From the NCBI GenBank assembly GCA_002811645.1, contig PDIP01000086.1, positions 71,221 to 135,220 of the forward strand: a stretch of 64,000 nt of DNA. Direction: 5' to 3'. Under the pieces are notes generated by a model that saw only the letters and a program-made list of their open reading frames with translations, made no database searches and was not told the DNA's origin. This document shows, one piece after another, positions 33,035 through 44,430 of this stretch. How positions within the stretch are numbered: position 1 is the first letter of the stretch; each line of letters opens with the position of its first letter. The stretch is from Corallochytrium limacisporum Hawaii. Its lineage: Eukaryota > Protista > Pluriformea. The position numbers and the translations under genes are program-made.

Positions 33035-33856
33035 GTTGCTTTGCTTTGGCAGCGAGATTGTCGAGAGACATGCACAGGTGGCCCGATTTCCCGTCGGTCA
33101 GCACTGGTTTTTGGAAATAAAGTACTATTTGGAAGGTCCCGCAAAGGGGTGGGGGAGCAAAGAACGAGAAGACATTCTCAAGAATCTCCAAGTTCACACC
33201 GCGACGGAGATGGGGTCGGTGACCGTCGTGGAAACTAGAGCAACAGTTCCATTCTGTCAAACTGTGGAAAAAGGGAATGACGGACCTGTCCCATTTAGCA
33301 AAGGGATTGAAACGGTGCGGAAGTTTCCAGACCAAATTGTGGACACAGAAAGTTGCGGGATGGCGCACAGGGGTGAAGGGGGTCTGATTTTTCGAAAAAT
33401 GTTGGGTAGAGAGGGAAGGTCTTGCAATGGAAGGGTGCTAAAGAAGGGGGGGGGGGGAAAGGGGCCCGTGGAGTGCGGTGAGAGGAGGAGTAGGGAAGAG
33501 AGGGGAAAGAAAGGGGAAAAGCGGGAGGGAGTAGAGCTCTCGTGGGGGAGAGGAGGGGAAGGGAGGCGGGTTCACCGCACCCTTGCAGTTCACTCCTATG
33601 GATGAGCGAATCAATGTTTAGCAGGTGTGATTTGTCGTATCCGTCAGGTTTCCGCTCCGCCATCAAGATTCTAAAGCATATCGATTCTCTTGCGGGAAAG
33701 CAAGTATCGATGCGATATTAGTGAGATACTCTGCTTCGCAACTTAAGTCACGTCGGATCAGGTACTTCAGTTGGATCGCCGTGTGACCAATCACCAATGT
33801 ATTCATTGTCGTCAGACTAGGAATTCGTACCAGCACACACATGTATTGAGAACACC

Positions 33857-34144
33857 ATGCACTTTAAGCTACTCAACCATTTCGGCAGTACTTCCAGGAA
33901 AGCGGCTGGGGAACCCAGCATGCATCCCAGAAGCTCCAACGCCTCTAAGGACTCTGACAGTGGCCTCAGTGATGAGGAAATGCTTTCTCCCCGCACCCGC
34001 CTGTTTGTGGTCTTTCTCTCTGATGCTGAGGAACAGTATGCTCCTCCAGCCATCGAAGGTCCAATGAGTCTTGCTGAGCGCCGCGCAGTGTACCGTTGCG
34101 ACCGCCAGCGGAGACAAAACATTGAAATTATTCACCATGTATAG
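33857..34144 (+). CDS. Small hypothetical protein (95 aa)
   Basis: Good start context (acaccATG), protein-like composition with a DSDSGLSDEE acidic Ser motif, and an AT-rich 3' region convergent on EFM7. Confidence 0.45.
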   Translation: MHFKLLNHFGSTSRKAAGEPSMHPRSSNASKDSDSGLSDEEMLSPRTRLFVVFLSDAEEQYAPPAIEGPMSLAERRAVYRCDRQRRQNIEIIHHV

Positions 34145-34410
34145 TGGGTGAGAAGAAATGAAAACTCTGGAGTTATCAAAAACATGTTGCTTTCAAAGGG
34201 CACCTGATCATGTCGTTCTGGGTGTCCCATTGAATCCCAAGCCTTCAATCCATATCACCTTCCCATGAACATCATCCGTAGCATAACATTACTTTCATGA
34301 CATACCGTTTCCATTAACAAAATACAGACCAATATGATTCTCGATTCATGTGCTACCTGTCCGGTTCATGGCGCGACGTGGGGAAACTTTTAATATGCAT
34401 ATATTGGCAG

Positions 34411-35202
34411 TTACGGTTCCTTTCGGGGGACAGTCATGCGATAGCCATGAAGCATCTTGCGAACATCGCGGTCTCCACGGTCCTCCTCAAACATGGGACC
34501 GACGTCTACAGTCTCAATTTCCTCCACCTGGAAGCCTTGGTTCCGGGCGTGCTCAAAGAATTGGAGATCCTTCTCCTTGAGCCAGGGTCGGTGGTGGCTA
34601 AAGTAGACCAGAACCATGGCCCTGGGGTCATCACGACGCAGGCACTGCCAGCAGTTCCGCACCAAATTCTCGTGTTGGTCAAAGGTGGCCATGATGTCAG
34701 CGCATACAATAATATCATAGCCGTGACCGTCCGGCGTTAAAGCCAGCAGTGGCTGCTCATCACCTCCCCACTTGAACGGAAGAACCTTTACTCTTCGGGC
34801 GATTTCCGCATGGTCTCTTGTCAGGTTGACAGCAACGTTGCTCTCGATCATTTCAATTAGTTCTTTGTCCGGATAATCCGTGGCCACGGCCAGCGCGGCG
34901 CCATTGCAAGCTGCGGACAGGGTTGGTAAGGCGCCGGCGGCGCCAAACTCCAAGATATGCTTGGACTTGACATTCACTTTCTGTTTATCTATCAGACCAC
35001 CGATGAACCGACCTCCGTTCCAGAGGCAGTGGGCCCACAGAGAATGATGACCAACTAGGGTGATTTCCCAAGCGGCAGGGCCATGATCCTCCTGCCCTTC
35101 ACTGTTGTGGCCGCGTTCGCGTTGTATGATTAGTGAAGTAGGAGGAGGTGTTGGAGGGCGAAATCCCTCTGGTTCCTCAAACCAGTTTGTGGTGTCTTCC
35201 AT
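34411..35202 (-). CDS. EFM7: Protein N-terminal/lysine methyltransferase Efm7/Nnt1 (Methyltransf_16)
   Basis: FEEPEGFRPPTPPP, LVGHHSLWAHCLWNGG, ILEFGAAGALP, TDYPD, FSHHRPWL, MFEEDRGD. ATG at 35202. Confidence 0.92.
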   Translation of the reverse strand: MEDTTNWFEEPEGFRPPTPPPTSLIIQRERGHNSEGQEDHGPAAWEITLVGHHSLWAHCLWNGGRFIGGLIDKQKVNVKSKHILEFGAAGALPTLSAACNGAALAVATDYPDKELIEMIESNVAVNLTRDHAEIARRVKVLPFKWGGDEQPLLALTPDGHGYDIIVCADIMATFDQHENLVRNCWQCLRRDDPRAMVLVYFSHHRPWLKEKDLQFFEHARNQGFQVEEIETVDVGPMFEEDRGDRDVRKMLHGYRMTVPRKEP

Positions 35203-36152
35203 GGCAGAGGTCTGTATGAACAAGGTTTTATCGGCGCGACAAAAAGCTTACATTGGTGACCCTATTCTTTAATACTCAATCCTTCTTTATTCCGAAGCTT
35301 TCTCTTCAGCAAAATTCCTTAGATGTAGATATTCTTTAACACAGACAATTGAGCAAACCACCAAGTCAAGAACTACTATCGAACTCCAGTCCTGTAAGCT
35401 CTGGTTGCCGTGAAATACCTCGCGACTCGAACCGACCTGGTTGACCGAACGTGCAAAAAGCCATGCGGAGCCTGAACACAAGGGACATGTCCGTATGTAT
35501 AATTGTCTGCCCCAGAACGAGAGTTTTCGTAATACGGTCGTAGTTTGTCAGGTAGGGCGCTCCTTGTGGTCTGCTTTGTGTACCGGTGTGGAACCTGAGC
35601 ACGGCCGCTCAAGGGATCCTTGGTATGAAATATTTTAATGAATCAAATTTTGACCGCAAAACGGCTCCAAAATATGAAAAAGTATATAATAATAAATTGT
35701 ATACTGAAATATGGAGTTTGTTCAGAAATTAAAATATTCCCGGAAGTAATAATTAAGTATCTTTAATATGGTTTAAATGAGAGGGGATCAGTTAAAGACC
35801 TATTTTTGGTAACACCCACCAAACCAAATCCCTGGCCGCCTCCCTGAGGGGTCCTTTGTGGGGTTTGATTTGTCCAGACAGGTCCCGTCTGTGTGGTTGA
35901 TATTTTGTGCTCCTGTGACCGGGCGTTGATGAGCCCGTAGTGCGAAGGCTATTTAATTTGAGAAGCTCACACATTAGTGTCTTTGTGTGGAAACAAACAT
36001 GGTAATGTGCTGTAGCGTGCACAGCTTAGCCGTGTAGAAAGTGTTCTCCGTATACTTTAGAAGGCCAAAGATCATGTAGAAGCTGTTGGTGGAGAAACGC
36101 TTGAATGACATATTTCCTGACTTCTTTGCTAACCATTGTGTTACAACCCAGA

Positions 36153-36896
36153 ATGGTACGCATGCGAAACATCCTTTTGGCCGGAGGTGCCCTTGCGGTA
36201 GTCTCAGCCACAATCGTTCTTTTGTACAATGCCTCCCAAGACGCGGACCGCGAGGACAATGAACGCTCAAGACGGGCACGTGAACGGCAGCGGGAGCTAA
36301 GGCGGCAGCGTGCAACGGATGATAGTGGCACTGATCAACACGAACGGAACAGCATGACGGCAGGCGCAACGGCACAAGCAGGCACAGGGCAAAATCAACA
36401 GGCCTCATCTCAAAGGCAGCCGGCGACCAGACCAAGCCGGCACCGCCTGACCATTTCCGGCCGATCACTTCTTGCGGAACCAAAGGCGTCGCAAGAATGG
36501 GAATTTGTCGAGGGAAAGCACAGTGTCTCGAAACTGCATGCCATTCTGGAACAGTACACGGTCTTTCTGTTGATTAGGGTGGACGCGGACGAGGAGGAGC
36601 AGGCGCTGCGGACTCTGTTGGAGCCGGAGTTTGGGGATGCAATGGCCAAGGGCCGCCTTGTCCTGCTGTGCTGTGACACAGTGGAAGGGCAGGCGCACAT
36701 GAGCCGGCACCTGAACCCGCTTGTGCACATCGACGGCGATCGGGCGAGTTTTGTGTTGCTGGAGCCGCACATTCCGTACTGTCTCTTTGTCGGGAAAGGG
36801 GGCAGCGGCAGGAGTGACACAGGAGCTGCATCGGCATCATCGACCGCACAGCCAGCGGCGACTTCCCTGTCGATGCTTGATATTCCACGGCCTTGA
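36153..36896 (+). CDS. PEX22: Peroxin-22-like (plant/early-fungal type Pex4 anchor)
   Basis: Single N-terminal TM and a C-terminal domain LTIS..VFLL..VDADEEE..LLCCDTVEGQAHMSRHLNPLVHID. Start is 36105, 36153 or 36162. Confidence 0.72.
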   Translation: MVRMRNILLAGGALAVVSATIVLLYNASQDADREDNERSRRARERQRELRRQRATDDSGTDQHERNSMTAGATAQAGTGQNQQASSQRQPATRPSRHRLTISGRSLLAEPKASQEWEFVEGKHSVSKLHAILEQYTVFLLIRVDADEEEQALRTLLEPEFGDAMAKGRLVLLCCDTVEGQAHMSRHLNPLVHIDGDRASFVLLEPHIPYCLFVGKGGSGRSDTGAASASSTAQPAATSLSMLDIPRP

Positions 36897-37055
36897 GCAA
36901 AGAGCATATTCTTGGCAGCCTTAAGTACTTCTTTCACGCCAGACATTGTCCATTTTCAAGCAAAGTGTTCTTTTAGCATTTTTTCATACTGGATACATAC
37001 AAGCATATAGAGCATTCTTTACTATGGCCCTGATCTTACGGCCTCGCGGCTGATC

Positions 37056-40000
37056 CTATTTCAATGAGCTGTGAATGTGTTGCACATGGTCTACCACCAC
37101 TGCATCAATGCCGAAGCGCCGCTGCAGCGCCACCATGTCCTGTTCGTTATTCTCCTTACCCCAGGTTAATACGCTGAGATCGAATCCACGCTGGATTTTG
37201 CCAATGAGCACAGGGAATTGCAACAATGGCCACGCACGGGCGACAATACCAGCCAAACCGGCCTCCGCGGCAAAGTGGGCCGCATCACGTAGGGAATTCA
37301 TGCGTGTGTCACCATAAATGTCTGTGCCGCTGGATGTCAGGTAGAGCACGGGATACCGCCGCTGCTTCTTAGCAAGCGCCAAAGCCACCTCGGCGTTGAA
37401 GGTCGAGAAAAAGATCCGCCTCTGGGGGGCGGATGGTCCTCGTTTGCTTTCTTCTTCAGCAATCACAAGCAGAATCGCGTCAACTAGGCGGTTGATGAAT
37501 GGGATGTCAAGATCATTCTCCAAAAATTCCTCCCAGACTGGACATTTGACTTCGATATCAAGTCCGACAGAAATGGGCAGATCGCGTAGGGCCTCCCGAA
37601 GGGCAATGTAGCGGGCCTTGACAGGCGCAGCTTTCGCTTTGCCTGTGGCATTGCGTTGCTGGGACCGTGGTGGGGTATGGGTACTACCTGTGGCCACTGG
37701 CAACCTTTGCCCGCGATTCGGCTGCCCGGACGAGCGCGGCGATGACGTCGGGTATGTTGTTTGATCTTTGTCCTCCACGGTGCCGGTGTCCGGCTGCGCT
37801 CCAGCGTCTGCCATCGCCACATCATCCTCATCATCGTCTTCATCGTCATCACCATACCGTTGGTCGTGCTGATGATGATTCAATTTCATGGCATGGGCCT
37901 TTTTGTTCTGCAGCAGGTGTCGTTGCTTGTTTGCAGGATTCTGCCGCCTGCGGCGCACGGCAAGGGCATGTGAGTCCTCGTCATCCGACGTAGCGAGCAC
38001 GCGGTCCTGTTCTGTATGGCCTTTGGCGGCAGGGGTCTTGGGCACCACTGCCGGTGCCCCGGGCGTTGGTTCCTTCCCGTGACCCGCGCCTCGATTGCCG
38101 CCTCGGCGGGGTCCCACGTTGGAAGGCTCCGACATTCCAATGAAATCCTCTGCGTCCAGGCGACTGACTGGAATGTTAGACACGCGGGGCTTCTCGTGCT
38201 CCTTTCCGGGCGTACCATTGCTGCCATCGCCACCATTTCCAATTTCAAAGGGCTTGGTGTTTGCTACCGGAACGCTATGTCGTTTCCACATGTTTTCTTG
38301 GGATGCTGACGGTTCTTTTCCGTCGATCGCACCATTGGTGCGAGCCAGATCGTGGTCAATTGCTGTGGCTCCATTTTCTAACGCGGGTTGGTGCGCCAGT
38401 CCGTTCTGGGCTTCGTTTTCCCCATCGTTGACCTCAACCTCATCACCAGAAACCACAAATGACGCAGACGGTTGCTGCAGGGCCTTCCGCAGTGCCCCAG
38501 ACTTCCACTCCACTACTTTTGGTCCCGGAGCGAGCTCTGGCAGTGTCGTGATTGACTCCTCGCGGTGCATGGCATGGCGCCCGCTCCGATCCGGACCCGC
38601 GACTCCAATCCCACCGATCCCGTCCGGGCCCGGGCCTGGGGCATTAGAAATGTCTACCTTAGGCTTATGATCGCCTCCTTCACCACCACGCAAGGGCAGC
38701 GTAAAGTCATGGTGAACGATTGGTACAAAGTCACGACTAAGTTGTACATCGAGCTCGACGTAGCTAGCGCCCAGGTAAGCGGCCGTGGCGAAGGATAGCA
38801 ACGTGTTCTCCTGAAAATGGGTACGAACAGTGCCCGTCTGCGGTACCACGGCGTCCTTCAGTGCGCCAGCTCCTCGATGGCCAATGACAGGTAAGAAAGA
38901 CTTTGCAACATTGTCGACTGTGTCTTCGTCTTTGTTGGTGTTCCATGCGGACGCTAATTCCTGATACATGACATGCGCTCCCGGACCGTCACAGAGCCAC
39001 CGTCGTAGTTCAGTAATGCGATCCTTTACTGACAGGGACCGGGGGATCATGCCACTAAGCTGCAAGCTCTGCTTAATGGCCGGTATGAGGTGTGCCGTGT
39101 AGCCAAATGGCCGCAAGAGGATCCAACTGAGTGTCAAAGTGCCTTGCTCTGTCATGTCATTACCCCACAAAAAGATCTCCATTTCTCCGTGATCGCTCTC
39201 CATCAACGGTCGCACCACACCTTTGCCGCGAGCGAGCGCTTCACCGTAGACGTCGCAGAGCTCGACCATTACCACAATCTCCGGCACCCGGCGCAGGTGA
39301 TGAACAGGGACTGCATTTTCATCGCTGGCCTTCTCATCTTTGAGCAGCACGTCGGCCATTGCATGGCCAATGGATTGTTTAAGAATGTGACGGCTGCGCA
39401 AGACGGTGATGGGCGTACTGCTGCCATTGGCTTCAGTCCTGCGTGTGCGCAGGGCATCGTAACTGCCCACGCTCGACCGTTGTTTTCGGTGGGATTCGTG
39501 GTGCTTTCCTTGCTGCTTCTCCCACCAACCGCGTCCGTCCAAGTAGTCGGAGTCATCGCTGCTACCGACAACAACGTCGCTCTGCAGTGCTATCTGCGGC
39601 TGTTGAGTACCTCCTCGAGGCATCAAGTGAAAGCGCGTTTCGCTTGTAATAATCTCCGTGCCTGCACGAATGTGCATCATCAGCGAACACTGCTTCCGCT
39701 GCAGCAAGTGCATGCTCTGTGCATCGATGGCTGTAGGTGAGGGCAGGTCAATGGCGGGCACCGCATTGTCGCGACGGCTACCAAAATACACGCGGAACTC
39801 GGCTTCTTCGGAATCGAGGCCGGGTGGCGTCTGAAGATTGGCTTTGCGTTCCAGCTGCGGTGCGAATGCTTTGATATCCATACCTGCACCCTTGTCGATC
39901 CCTTCAATGGCAAGTAATTGGCGTGCGGTACCTAAGTGACCCCGATACAGCGCCAGGCTGAGCGCGGTCTCTCCCTTCGCATTTCGGGCGTTCACGATCT

Positions 40001-41534
40001 CCGCCAGGTGCTCTTTCGGAGTTCGCCGCAGCAGTAAGTTAACGAGCGCCCGCTGGCCACTGAGAGCCGCCAGCGTCAGCGCCGTATGTCGTTTGGACGG
40101 ACTGCCACGGAACTGCGACCAAAGATGCCGCTGCGCCTCTGAGCGCCACGGCTCAGGGCTGTCATCTAGCAGATAGCGCAGAACCGCCACCGCGTTGGTT
40201 GATGATCCAGCACAGGTGGCCATGACCAGCGAGTCCTCTTCAATGTGGTCTCTGTCGTCACTGTTGTGCATGGTTGCCGCTGACAACGGATCATCTAAGC
40301 CCATTTCACGTCTGCTGTCCAGCAGCATCTGTAGAATTTCTAGTCGGCCGAGCAGACAGGCCAGGACCAGCAACTGCTTGCCACGGCCTCCGTCGTCCGG
40401 ACCGTATGCGTCCAGCAGAACGCGCAGGCTCTCCTGGTGGCCCTCCCGAACGGCATAGTGCAGGGCGCTGTGGCCGTATGCATCGATCCCGTTGGTCGAA
40501 GATGTCACCAACAGTCGCATGACGTCAGCGTGGCCGTTCCGACTAGCCCAGTGCAAGGGGGTCCGTCCCTCGACGTCTACCTGTGCCACCATGCTCGCGT
40601 ACGGGTTGCTGGCTGGCTGGTCCCCAAATTGCATTGTTATACCATCGTTCAGCATGGCCGCCACAGCATCGGTGTCTCCCATAGCTGCCAGTCGATGCAA
40701 GGGCGTACCCAAGAGATCGGCTGCCTCCGCGTCGTAAGGGAAGCCACTCATTTGCGGCAGGCGGGGCCCACCGCGCTGGCGCACAAAGGGCAGAACGCTG
40801 TTTGACATGTCCAACGGCGACGGCGCTCTTGGCAAAGAAGATGGCGACTCTGTGGCAGACAGGGACCGCACACCGGTCCTTGTCATGGTAGAATATCCAG
40901 TTCCCGCTGCTCTCATCGCCATTGGTGAGAATGATCTTTCTCTCCGGCGCGTACCAGAGCTAGTCAGTGTTGGGGTGGTTGGTTCGGTGCTGGTCGTTGT
41001 AGTACGGTGGATCGTCGTCTGCAGCAGCCGACGCAGTTCTGTGTGTCGCAGAGTGTCTGCCATATACCGCACCCGCAAATCCTGTACCGGGCTCGTGACC
41101 ATCTCGACTTTCTTTCCGGTCGTTGACGAAGACATCTTGGCCCAAGCATGCGCTGCCACATTCTGTCCAAGTTTCTTTTCCACCTTTTTCCAGATCTTTG
41201 ACACAGCCAGCGCGTTCATGTGCCCAAACGCGGCCAAGATTTCTAGGTCAGCCTTGACCCGTAGTAGATTCTCAGCGGATACCGGGCTGCTGCCCGGATC
41301 ATCACTGTCGGAGTTGAGAGCAGCTCGGATTACCTGACTCAGAAGCTTCTCTCGTTGGATCACAAACGCATAGCACTTAGCAATGTCACCGTCCAGCTTC
41401 TTGGCTACCACGAGAGCCCGTTCCTCGTCAGTATTTCCAGCTGTCTTTAGTGTATGCTTCAGATCTTTGTAATTGACATACTTGTCGGCCAGATCCGGGT
41501 TCTGACCGTAAAGGAAGCGTTTGCCAAACTTCAT
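37056..41534 (-). CDS. GDE1: Glycerophosphocholine phosphodiesterase Gde1-like (SPX - ankyrin - GDPD)
   Basis: SPX motifs MKFGK..YVNYKDLK..KIWKKVEK, ankyrins (GRTPLHWAS), and GDPD motifs VIGHRGAG, QENT, VELDVQLSRD..VHHDF, DIEVK. Confidence 0.9.
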   Translation of the reverse strand: MKFGKRFLYGQNPDLADKYVNYKDLKHTLKTAGNTDEERALVVAKKLDGDIAKCYAFVIQREKLLSQVIRAALNSDSDDPGSSPVSAENLLRVKADLEILAAFGHMNALAVSKIWKKVEKKLGQNVAAHAWAKMSSSTTGKKVEMVTSPVQDLRVRYMADTLRHTELRRLLQTTIHRTTTTSTEPTTPTLTSSGTRRRERSFSPMAMRAAGTGYSTMTRTGVRSLSATESPSSLPRAPSPLDMSNSVLPFVRQRGGPRLPQMSGFPYDAEAADLLGTPLHRLAAMGDTDAVAAMLNDGITMQFGDQPASNPYASMVAQVDVEGRTPLHWASRNGHADVMRLLVTSSTNGIDAYGHSALHYAVREGHQESLRVLLDAYGPDDGGRGKQLLVLACLLGRLEILQMLLDSRREMGLDDPLSAATMHNSDDRDHIEEDSLVMATCAGSSTNAVAVLRYLLDDSPEPWRSEAQRHLWSQFRGSPSKRHTALTLAALSGQRALVNLLLRRTPKEHLAEIVNARNAKGETALSLALYRGHLGTARQLLAIEGIDKGAGMDIKAFAPQLERKANLQTPPGLDSEEAEFRVYFGSRRDNAVPAIDLPSPTAIDAQSMHLLQRKQCSLMMHIRAGTEIITSETRFHLMPRGGTQQPQIALQSDVVVGSSDDSDYLDGRGWWEKQQGKHHESHRKQRSSVGSYDALRTRRTEANGSSTPITVLRSRHILKQSIGHAMADVLLKDEKASDENAVPVHHLRRVPEIVVMVELCDVYGEALARGKGVVRPLMESDHGEMEIFLWGNDMTEQGTLTLSWILLRPFGYTAHLIPAIKQSLQLSGMIPRSLSVKDRITELRRWLCDGPGAHVMYQELASAWNTNKDEDTVDNVAKSFLPVIGHRGAGALKDAVVPQTGTVRTHFQENTLLSFATAAYLGASYVELDVQLSRDFVPIVHHDFTLPLRGGEGGDHKPKVDISNAPGPGPDGIGGIGVAGPDRSGRHAMHREESITTLPELAPGPKVVEWKSGALRKALQQPSASFVVSGDEVEVNDGENEAQNGLAHQPALENGATAIDHDLARTNGAIDGKEPSASQENMWKRHSVPVANTKPFEIGNGGDGSNGTPGKEHEKPRVSNIPVSRLDAEDFIGMSEPSNVGPRRGGNRGAGHGKEPTPGAPAVVPKTPAAKGHTEQDRVLATSDDEDSHALAVRRRRQNPANKQRHLLQNKKAHAMKLNHHQHDQRYGDDDEDDDEDDVAMADAGAQPDTGTVEDKDQTTYPTSSPRSSGQPNRGQRLPVATGSTHTPPRSQQRNATGKAKAAPVKARYIALREALRDLPISVGLDIEVKCPVWEEFLENDLDIPFINRLVDAILLVIAEEESKRGPSAPQRRIFFSTFNAEVALALAKKQRRYPVLYLTSSGTDIYGDTRMNSLRDAAHFAAEAGLAGIVARAWPLLQFPVLIGKIQRGFDLSVLTWGKENNEQDMVALQRRFGIDAVVVDHVQHIHSSLK

Positions 41535-42293
41535 ATTTGGAGCTCAACCCCGGAAGGGCAGCTAGACTATCGTAGAAACGGGCACAATGACATATGTCTC
41601 ATTCGATTTCTGCTCGTCTCATTATGAATCTATTTTGGGCTCCATGCTTTCCACAAGAACTAGTCTGAGATCAGTATTTTACGTCTCTGCCATGTCCTAA
41701 ACACCCGTTCTACCATTGAGGACCATGGCCCCGACCACAAAATTCAGAGGTGTGATTCCTGCCTTGCATACGCTATTGGCCTCGGCGATACAAAGACCTT
41801 ACGAAACAAACGGGGCCAAAACCTATGTCACAGGACCCACAAGAATGCATGACAGCGCATTTACGTATCAACCTTCAGATGATTGACGGATTTTCCCAGC
41901 CCAGCTCCGCATACACGCACACACGAAACACTGGCAAACGACGAGGCGGACGGACCCTGCTGAACCGGCCGATCTTGGCCCAGGGAAGAATACGCTCGCC
42001 ATTGGTTGGTTGGGAAGGGGAAGAGGGGGGGAAAATCCCGGGTGGGCCAACCGACAGTGTCCGGCCCAAGGGTGAGAGACAGGTCCGAGGGAGGGAGGAA
42101 AGTTTTCCCATAGTTTCAGTACTACGTACTGGGCACTTTGATTTCGTTCGTTCGTGGTAATTTGTAATTCCTCTTTCTCTCCCCCTTACACCCCCCCCTT
42201 CCCTTCCGAGGGGCTGATCTTCCTCCTCCGCCTCACCCCGCAGGCCCACCCCCCCCCCCGGGGGCTCTCCCACTCCGCCTCCGTTCCCCTCTC

Positions 42294-42504
42294 NNNNNNN
42301 NNNNNNNNNNNNNNNNNNNNNNNNNNNNNNNNNNNNNNNNNNNNNNNNNNNNNNNNNNNNNNNNNNNNNNNNNNNNNNNNNNNNNNNNNNNNNNNNNNNN
42401 NNNNNNNNNNNNNNNNNNNNNNNNNNNNNNNNNNNNNNNNNNNNNNNNNNNNNNNNNNNNNNNNNNNNNNNNNNNNNNNNNNNNNNNNNNNNNNNNNNNN
42501 NNNN
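42294..42504. other. Assembly gap (N run)
   Basis: 211 N flanked by poly-C low-complexity DNA. Confidence 1.
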
Positions 42505-44076
42505 TTTGGTCCCTACGCCCCCCCCCCCCGCCAGTGTGTGTGCGCCCCCTCGGCCCGGCCCCACCCCACCACCCGCGGTGCCTTGAGGGGGGACCCGCGG
42601 CGAGAGAAGGGGAAGCGCATGAGAGCGGGTAGACAGTTCCTGAACTCTGCGATGCATAGCGTATGAGTATCTCCCAGCCGAAACGAAACAGAACGAAGAT
42701 GACAGAGCGTCGTCATCACCAGCAGAGAGCCACCTCCATGATTGATGCAAATGATCGTACACACACAACATGAAAAAATCCACAGGCGTGCGTATCGGCA
42801 AGATCGGCCAGCGCATGCGAATGATGATTCGAACAGGCGAGAGAGAAGGGTACCTGAATGTCGGCAACTAGCAAGTTTTGCTGAGAATTGCTGTGTTGTG
42901 CTGGGATGTATGGGTTTGCTGTGCCTTCATGCCGCACGGCTCAGCCCTACAGTATGAGGATCCAACTAGATCAAAAAATGCCGGATACAGGTGCGATTCC
43001 GATATCTAGGAGAGGAGGGAGGAAGGCAATGATGATGCTAGAGTGATGCTGTCGATGTCGGTGTGCGGGCGCGTGTCTTTCGTACTTTGCCCACCCGAAC
43101 TCTTGGTTTATTTTTGCCCAGACCCACGATCACTGTCGGCTGACCCAGTCAAATTCCCCTGCATTTCTGACCTCTCTCTCTGCCGCTCTGGCCAAATTTT
43201 GTGCTTTCTCCCCGGCAGCTTCTCCAAATTATCTTTGACAGTCCCTGAGCTGTTTTACCTCGCCTTGGGAAACGAACAAAGATAGCTGTTAACCCTATCG
43301 ATGTGATTACTATGATTTAATTTCGGGACCGGGCGAGCGCGGGGAAAAGGGGGCAGGTGAGATGAGTGAGGAAAGACTTGGAGTGCACACACACACAACA
43401 CACACTCACGACACATTTTGAACTGAGGGTAAGAAAGTGGAGGCCGCCGCCGCCTGGGCAGACTGATATAATATACGGTCTATATTAAAAGAGTATGTGG
43501 TCCGGTGACACATATTCAGGCATGGTTAGGGAAATTTTCTATAGTCAAATTTAAAGGTGGACCGATATAATCTTTGATCTCAATAGTATAAAATCAAAGA
43601 ATCAATCACAATAATGTATACCTTGATATAGATTCTTTGAATATGTATTGTGGGACGGCTTTTGAGCGGGTCGGTCACCTGCGTGTTCACGGCAATTGAA
43701 GAAAAGGACGGGGGGAAATCGAGAGTGAACCAGCCCAGCCGCTACGCGGTTCAGAAAGACGAGGAATGTGTCATCGTATCCGCCTCTTTGCCGGGTAACA
43801 AGTTGACACCACAGTTTCGTCCTCGCGCGGCGGTGAGAGTACGAACGCTAACAACCGATGGATAAATTGTTTAGCAATTGAGGATGTCCTCCCAGTCGTT
43901 AATTTCAGAGGGCCAACAGCACGAGCGGATCCGTAAATAATGGCCCGCTTTTCACCCGTTTGAAAATCAAATAATCAAAAATCAAAGAATAGTGAATAGT
44001 CGAACAAATAGATCAATAATTGTACCAAGTCAATTCGGCCGGGGAGGCTTCAGTCCTGGTTCAAAGGCAGCGCTGC

Positions 44077-44430
44077 TCAGCGCTGCTGTGGCCACATAGA
44101 CTCAGTAACGTAATGGAATCCCGCATCTTGTTCGTACGGGAGAAATACCACGCTCTGGCTGCCTGACATGGTCTGAAATGTCATGGGACGTTGGACTCTC
44201 CCCATCTGTGCTATTTGTGGTGCGAATCCCGTTGGCTGTTCCGTCTGATCACGAACGTGCATATAATCCCTTGGTTGATGCTGTTCTTCCTGGGAACAGA
44301 CATGCTGCGGTCCTGGATAGTATGCACTAGTGTACCGACCTGAATTCATTGTGTCTTGGGGCTGACTCCCCCCGTACAGGATGTCGAAGGTATAATCATC
44401 TTTTGGGACAGCTCCGATCTTGAGAGGCAT
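44077..44430 (-). CDS. Possible small hypothetical protein (117 aa, Q/P/Y/M-rich)
   Basis: ATG-initiated ORF with composition like the activation tail of the nearby WOPR factor. No recognisable domain. Confidence 0.35.
   Translation of the reverse strand: MPLKIGAVPKDDYTFDILYGGSQPQDTMNSGRYTSAYYPGPQHVCSQEEQHQPRDYMHVRDQTEQPTGFAPQIAQMGRVQRPMTFQTMSGSQSVVFLPYEQDAGFHYVTESMWPQQR

Noticed and set aside
32644-33368. (LTHS)n ORFs
   Set aside because: These are translations of the (GAGT)n microsatellite.
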